Assembly (NCBI GenBank): GCA_041694835.1
Contig: JBGFRZ010000020.1
Location: 1-30,954, forward strand
DNA from: Ignavibacteria bacterium
GTDB taxonomy: Bacteria > Elusimicrobiota > Endomicrobiia > PHAN01
DNA: 30,954 nucleotides
Direction of reading: 5' to 3'
Part shown: in pieces, positions 26,053-30,954 of the stretch
Numbering within the stretch: position 1 is the stretch's first letter
Layout: the number at the start of each line of letters is the position of its first letter
Notes under the pieces: model-generated
What the model saw: the letters and a program-made list of their open reading frames with translations, nothing else
The model's database searches: none
What the model was told of the DNA's origin: nothing
Program-made: the position numbers and the translations under genes

Positions 26053-27903
26053 TTATTTTTCTTTGTGATAGTATTTGTATGTGTAGTAGAAGCCGTAGTG
26101 GTGCTGGATATCGGTGCCCTTGACCCCGTTGAAAACCAGGCCTATAAGGTTGGCTTTCACACCAAGAAGCTGATCCTTCGCCCTTTTAATGGCAGTCCGG
26201 GACATCCTTCCAACCTGATAAACGAGTATCGTTGCGTCGCAAAAACTGCTTACTATCAGGGGGTCAGCAAATAAAAGAACCGGCGGGGTGTCGAGCACAA
26301 CAAGTTCGAAGTTCTGCGAAATCGTTCTTATCAAATTTTTCGTCGAGATGGAATTCAGGAAATCGATAGGATTCGTAGGTATCTCGCCGCACGTAATTAT
26401 TTTCAAGTTTTCTATGCCGGGGAAATCTATGATTTTTTCAACCGCAAGCTCCCCGAGCATAAGATCGGCTGTGCCCCTCACGACATCGTGAAACGGTTTT
26501 CCTAAAACGCCGTCGCTAATTCCAGGTGTTCTCGGAAGCCCCAATACTTTGTGGAGAAGCGGCCTTCTAAGGTCCATCTCTATAAGTATCGTCTTAACCC
26601 CCGACTGGGCGGAAGCGATGGCGAAGTTGATGGCGGTTATAGTTTTTCCTTCAGAGATCCCAGAGCTTGTAAAATTCAGAACATTCCCCTTTTCCTTAAA
26701 GTGCGTGAACTGAAGGTTTGTCCTGAGCGTGTGGTAAGACTCGACGAATGGCGATTTGTTGGAATGATATATTATCATTAAAGAACGTTGGGCGCTCACT
26801 TTGTCATCTTTCTTCGAGGTTTTTATCTTCGTAGGAGCCTCAAAAGGTATTATACCAAGAACCGGTACCCCGAGATAAGCCTCAACATCCTCAATGGTTC
26901 CTATGGAAGTGTCCAGATTTTCAAAAAAAAGTGCGAGAACAAACCCGAACATTATCCCTATGAAACTCCCGACAGCAAGATTCATCGTCTTGTTGGGGCT
27001 CACCGGGGATTTTGGCTCAAACGCAGGCGTAACTATAAACGCACTCTGTTCCCTGTCGGCTTCGGCTATCTCTGCCTCTTTGTATCTTTTCGCAAGCAGG
27101 GTGTATAACTCTTCGTTTATTTTAAGCTCCCTTGACAAGCGCGCATATTCAAGCTCTTCTTTCGGAAGCAACTTCATCTGCTCCTCCACAGCGGATATCT
27201 GGTCGGAGAGTTTCCTCACTTCAGGGTGATGCTGGGTGAATTTTTTCAAAAGCTCGCTTTTTTTCGTCTCAAGATCGACGAGCCGTGAAGCCAAAAATCC
27301 CCCCACGCCTTTCGCACCGGATTTTTCGGTAAAGACCCTTAAGTTCTCCTCCGATTCCTTGAGCTTCGCATATGAGTCACCCATCTGTCTCTCTATGAAC
27401 TCTCTAAGTTCTCTCGCCCGCCGGGTTCTATCCTCTATTCCTTTTTCAATGTAAACCTCGGCTGTGCCGTTCGCCACGGAAGCGGTCTTGCGCGGATCGT
27501 TTGAAGTTGCGGTAATCTGTATCAGATTTGAATCGCCCACGCGCTCGGCGTTTACCATCGACTGCAACGAACCAATAATTTCATGTTTTCGGGATTCCGT
27601 TATATTTTCATCGATAAAATTAAGTTTCAATGCCGTCCTTTCGGCCACAACGGCGCTTTTTATAACTTTTACTTCCGTATTTATCATTGAATACATATCC
27701 CAACCTGAAACATCTACGGCAACACCCGGAATCGTTTTTTGCGGTTCGACTTTTACTACGGCGGCGGCTTTGTAAACCGGCGTCTGAAGGGAGGTATATA
27801 TATATGTGGAAATGACGGTAAGCGAAGCGGTAAAGAATATCACCCATTTTTTTCTTCTTATTATCCGCCAGTAGTCGTAAATGCCTAATGTGTATTGAGC
27901 CAT
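26053..27903 (-). CDS. wzc: Polysaccharide co-polymerase / BY-kinase (Wzc)
   Basis: Two TMs around a coiled-coil periplasmic domain; TSSGISEGKT, EMDLRRP, VVLDTPP; C-terminal Tyr cluster YGFYYTYKYY. Confidence 0.95.
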   Translation of the reverse strand: MAQYTLGIYDYWRIIRRKKWVIFFTASLTVISTYIYTSLQTPVYKAAAVVKVEPQKTIPGVAVDVSGWDMYSMINTEVKVIKSAVVAERTALKLNFIDENITESRKHEIIGSLQSMVNAERVGDSNLIQITATSNDPRKTASVANGTAEVYIEKGIEDRTRRARELREFIERQMGDSYAKLKESEENLRVFTEKSGAKGVGGFLASRLVDLETKKSELLKKFTQHHPEVRKLSDQISAVEEQMKLLPKEELEYARLSRELKINEELYTLLAKRYKEAEIAEADREQSAFIVTPAFEPKSPVSPNKTMNLAVGSFIGIMFGFVLALFFENLDTSIGTIEDVEAYLGVPVLGIIPFEAPTKIKTSKKDDKVSAQRSLMIIYHSNKSPFVESYHTLRTNLQFTHFKEKGNVLNFTSSGISEGKTITAINFAIASAQSGVKTILIEMDLRRPLLHKVLGLPRTPGISDGVLGKPFHDVVRGTADLMLGELAVEKIIDFPGIENLKIITCGEIPTNPIDFLNSISTKNLIRTISQNFELVVLDTPPVLLFADPLIVSSFCDATILVYQVGRMSRTAIKRAKDQLLGVKANLIGLVFNGVKGTDIQHHYGFYYTYKYYHKEK

Positions 27904-27911
27904 AGTTGTAA

Positions 27912-28019
27912 ACCCCGCACCACGTCTTTACAGGCGTGGCTTTGGTGAATAACCCTGCGCGGGAAAACCGTTCCCCTTCATTCCCGTCTTTACAGACGGG
28001 GCTTTCTGTGGCGCGGGGT
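27912..28019. mobile_element. Non-autonomous palindromic element with two direct-repeat hairpins (IS200/IS605-end-like)
   Basis: Outer IR ACCCCGCACCAC/GTGGCGCGGGGT; internal CCACGTCT-TTAC-AGGCGTGG and CCCGTCT-TTAC-AGACGGG, each ending in GGCTTT. Confidence 0.6.
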
Positions 28020-28020
28020 A

Positions 28021-28186
28021 AATAGATAGCAGGTAGAGATAAAGATAGAGAATAGCAAATAGAGGTGAGAGATGAGAGAATAGCAAATAGCGAATAGTGG
28101 ATGGTGGCTGGTGACTGGATGAAACGAGCCACGAGCCACCATCTTCTCTGTCCTCTGACCTCTGTTCTCTGTTTTCTGCCCTCTGT
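28021..28186. repeat. Mosaic 7-nt tandem array, purine-rich half then pyrimidine-rich half
   Basis: atagcaa atagagg tgagaga tgagaga atagcaa atagcga atagtgg atggtgg ctggtga ... tgtcctc tgacctc tgttctc tgttttc tgccctc. Confidence 0.85.
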
Positions 28187-29773
28187 TTATATTCCTGCCC
28201 GTATTACAAGTATCAACGAGAGCAAACTCAGCCAAGGCATTACATTCTGGAGCCACCAGTTGGCCGAGGATATCGTCTTTTTAGGAAGATATATGGTGTC
28301 GTCGACTTTAAGCTCGATGTCCGCTTTTTTACCTTTCAAAATTTCGTCAACATTAACCGCTATGAACTTCGTCTTATCGCCTTCTTTTCTCAGAATAGAA
28401 ACCGACGATATCTTCGCCGTTTCTGAGAATCCGCCCGCAAGCGATATCGCTTCAAGCAGCTTGAGATTTTCTCTGAAGTCGTAGTTCCCGGGATGCCTTA
28501 CATCACCAAGCACCGATATCTTTTTTGCACCGACAGAAACCTCAACCATATCGGCCGGTTCCAGCAAAAAATCTTTAGAAAAATCGCCAGTTTTTATTAT
28601 TTCATCTATGTCCACAATAAACGTTTTTTTGGAAGCGCCTTCGCCGCGATAAATTTTTATTCCCCTCCTGTTCGCCTTTTCGGTAAAACCGCCGGCTTGT
28701 GAAATAAGCTCAATAAGTCTTAAATTTTCTCTGTATGGAAATCCGCCCGTAGATTTAACCTCGCCTGTTATAAATATCCGCCTTTTCGCGTACTGTTTTA
28801 CTATCACCGAAACCTCCGGGCTTGAGATGTATTTCGAATAAAGCTTTTTAAGCTTCTCCGAAAGTTTCTCGACGGTTTCGCCTTTGGCGTTCAAAACACC
28901 CACCAAAGGTAGTGTTATCTCGCCGCCCGGCTCTACAACGACCTCCCTGGAAAGCTCTTCGGCCGGATAGATGTTCACCGTCAAAATATCCCCCGGCTCG
29001 ATTTTATATCCTGTCCTTTTTATGACGGGCGACTCCACCCGAATATCCCGCTTTGAAGTTTCTACGGCAACTGCGGGGGATGGCGGAGGCGTTTCTTTCT
29101 TTATTTCCGAGTTCTCTTTTTTAACGACGATGGAAAAGCCGGAGTCTTTTTCTTTTATCTGATAGTTTGCGGGTTTTTTCAAAAAAACCACAACCCTGAC
29201 TATCAGCGGCTCTTTTTCAAACTGCCCGGCCTTCACCTTTTCGATGGTTTCCGATTTCACAAAAATCTCTTTCTCTTCTTTGGTGAAATCGACTGTTACG
29301 CCATACAAATCAAGTATTATTTTGGGGGCAACAAGCGGGTCGGGATCTTTGAGCAAGAAACTGTTGGAACTTTTGGGTTTGTCGGAGATGATTTCCACGT
29401 TGAGGGAATCGCCGAGGTCATCTACGGTGATTTTTTTTACGGACGAAATGGGTGGCTTTCGCGATTTTTCCTTAAACGGTTCTTCTTTGCGAATCGTCTT
29501 TTTTCTTTGTTTTTCCTGCAGCGATATCGCGTTTTCAAGTTCCGTAAAATCGAGATTCTTTCCCTTATATTTCGATTTTATCTTTAGAAGTATGGCAAGG
29601 CGGTCATTCGGCGAAAGATTTTGCGACGACGAGACCTTGTAGTAGTATTTCAGGGAGGCTTCAAGGTCGTCCTGTGTGTAAGCCGATAAATTTTCTGGCA
29701 GGAAATTTATCAGCGACACAAATAATACTGCCGGAATTAATTTCAAAATCTGTTTCATTAAAATCCGAAACAT
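28187..29773 (-). CDS. wza: Polysaccharide export protein (Poly_export + SLBB repeats) with N-terminal AMIN-like domain
   Basis: YKIEPGDILTV..VEPGGEITLPLVG, ITGEV..AGGF, VLGDV..AGGF, C-terminal hydrophobic helix; PKIILDL..KVKAGQF...VRVVV resembles AMIN. Confidence 0.88.
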   Translation of the reverse strand: MFRILMKQILKLIPAVLFVSLINFLPENLSAYTQDDLEASLKYYYKVSSSQNLSPNDRLAILLKIKSKYKGKNLDFTELENAISLQEKQRKKTIRKEEPFKEKSRKPPISSVKKITVDDLGDSLNVEIISDKPKSSNSFLLKDPDPLVAPKIILDLYGVTVDFTKEEKEIFVKSETIEKVKAGQFEKEPLIVRVVVFLKKPANYQIKEKDSGFSIVVKKENSEIKKETPPPSPAVAVETSKRDIRVESPVIKRTGYKIEPGDILTVNIYPAEELSREVVVEPGGEITLPLVGVLNAKGETVEKLSEKLKKLYSKYISSPEVSVIVKQYAKRRIFITGEVKSTGGFPYRENLRLIELISQAGGFTEKANRRGIKIYRGEGASKKTFIVDIDEIIKTGDFSKDFLLEPADMVEVSVGAKKISVLGDVRHPGNYDFRENLKLLEAISLAGGFSETAKISSVSILRKEGDKTKFIAVNVDEILKGKKADIELKVDDTIYLPKKTISSANWWLQNVMPWLSLLSLILVIRAGI

Positions 29774-30246
29774 TAATTTTTTTCCAGAGGTTTCACATCC
29801 AAATAAGAGCCGGGAAATCCGCGGCCGGTGTCGGTTGTCTTTGGATTGTTAACATCTTTCTGCGGCCTGCCATCGACGATAAAATTATAGACATATTGAC
29901 CCGGGGCAATTTTTATCGTAACTGTCCAAATGCCGTTTTGAGCTTTTTTCATATCTTGAGGCATCCAATCGTTGAAATCTCCCACTATGGACACCTTTTT
30001 CGCCGACGGATTTCTGTGTTTGAACAGGATATTTCTCGTCTCCGTTTCCGGAGGGGCAATTTTTTCAGAAGACGGAGCGGCTGGAATGTTGGGCACCTGA
30101 TGGCGGACATTCATCTCTTTTCTTTCATAAGTTTCTTTTCTCTTTATGTTGTTTCTGTGATACACAATCCTTGAAAAAATCAAACTGCCGCTCACAATAA
30201 TGGTAAGAACAACAACAATCACGTCGAATCTCGTAGAATTTTTCAT
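29773..30246 (-). CDS. Membrane-anchored CBM48/AMPK-type glycogen-binding domain protein
   Basis: N-terminal TM; AKKVSIVGDFNDW, GIW, PGQYVYNFIVDG, D.NNP. Confidence 0.85.
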   Translation of the reverse strand: MKNSTRFDVIVVVLTIIVSGSLIFSRIVYHRNNIKRKETYERKEMNVRHQVPNIPAAPSSEKIAPPETETRNILFKHRNPSAKKVSIVGDFNDWMPQDMKKAQNGIWTVTIKIAPGQYVYNFIVDGRPQKDVNNPKTTDTGRGFPGSYLDVKPLEKN

Positions 30247-30644
30247 TTATTTTCTCCACTCAGACCTACGAGTATCTTGTATATAGATTCAAGCTTCCTT
30301 GTTATCTCTTCAAGTCCGCTGAGGCTCTCTATGTTTTCATTAAGTTTTTTCAAGTTCTCTTCGGATGTGGCCTCGGGGCGGGCCGATTTAACAACGGACT
30401 CAATTTCGTCCAGCCTGTTGTTTATCGCTTTTATGTTTTCGAGGATTATATGGAATTGGGCATTTTGGGAGAACTCCGTAGTTTTTTCCTGCGATTCTTT
30501 AGCTTTCGACGTCACTTCTTCACGCTTCCCGTTTTTTTTCGAAACGAATATAAGCCAAACGCCCATAAAACCCGCCGGGATAAAAACAAGCAAGGAAAGT
30601 TGAAAGATGGGATCCTTGATGAGTTGTTCGAAAACCTCCGACAT
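30243..30644 (-). CDS. Hypothetical protein with one TM and a coiled coil
   Basis: GGAGG Shine-Dalgarno just upstream; stop overlaps the next start (ATGA). Confidence 0.75.
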   Translation of the reverse strand: MSEVFEQLIKDPIFQLSLLVFIPAGFMGVWLIFVSKKNGKREEVTSKAKESQEKTTEFSQNAQFHIILENIKAINNRLDEIESVVKSARPEATSEENLKKLNENIESLSGLEEITRKLESIYKILVGLSGENK

Positions 30645-30666
30645 CACACCTCCCTAATCTCATGAA

Positions 30667-30693
30667 ATTATACAAAAAATAAACAAAAATCAA
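30667..30693 (-). promoter_or_regulatory. Candidate operon promoter
   Basis: TATAAT at 30672-30667 with TTGATT 15 nt upstream (short spacer) in an AT-rich context just before the first RBS. Confidence 0.35.
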
Positions 30694-30742
30694 AAATTTT
30701 TTAGGATTAAAGGCAGACTATTTAGGGTTCACTGAAAAACCT

Positions 30743-30913
30743 CACCACAGAGGCATTCACCCCGTTAGATAGCAAGCATCTAACGGGGCAAAGAACACAG
30801 AGAAAAACCTTTACCACAAAAGCGCGAAAGTTGGAAATCACGAAAAAAATAATCCACCCATTTCCCCCTTTAATAAAGGGGGATTTAAGGGGGGGGTTCG
30901 TGTCTTCGTGGTT
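30743..30913. repeat. Cluster of nested palindromic elements
   Basis: CCCCGTTAGAT-7-ATCTAACGGGG inside ACCACAGAGGCA..AGAACACAGAG; TCCCCCTTT-AAT-AAAGGGGGA inside ACCACAAAA..CACGAAA...TTCGTGTCTTCGTGGT. Confidence 0.85.
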
Positions 30914-30954
30914 CAGAGTTTTAATAACACAAAACTCACATCTTCGTGGGTGAT

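Noticed and set aside
27620-28484. Short ORFs at 27620-28132, 27990-28256 and 28101-28484
   Set aside because: They are translations of the heptamer arrays overlapping real genes, with no protein-family features.
331-30665. All plus-strand ORFs in the track
   Set aside because: Antisense shadows of well-supported minus-strand genes.

Overview
One long minus-strand gene run of about 24 CDS, mostly tightly coupled, from a probably diderm bacterium. It is a Wzx/Wzy-type exopolysaccharide or capsule locus. It encodes a CBM48 protein, an AMIN-domain Wza-like exporter, a Wzc tyrosine kinase, a Wzy/O-antigen-ligase-like protein, a Wzx flippase, five GT4s, a GT2, a GT-C, four SAM methyltransferases, an AsnB-GT9 fusion, a membrane PHP-like hydrolase, WbqC, an ExeA-like ATPase, a PIG-L deacetylase and a WecA/MraY-like initiating transferase. 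It ends with a putative outer-membrane protein, PIN-PhoH and a PHP phosphoesterase. The most unusual signal is non-genic. Every large intergenic gap holds a structured repeat: 7/8-nt tandem arrays, nested palindromes, a MITE-like element pair with covarying hairpins flanking the AsnB-GT9 gene, and an IS200/IS605-like double hairpin. The same repeat types also occur in-frame inside four GT4 genes, in places apparently replacing native secondary-structure elements. I found no transposase, integrase, cas gene or RNA gene. All family assignments come from motif recognition, not database searches.
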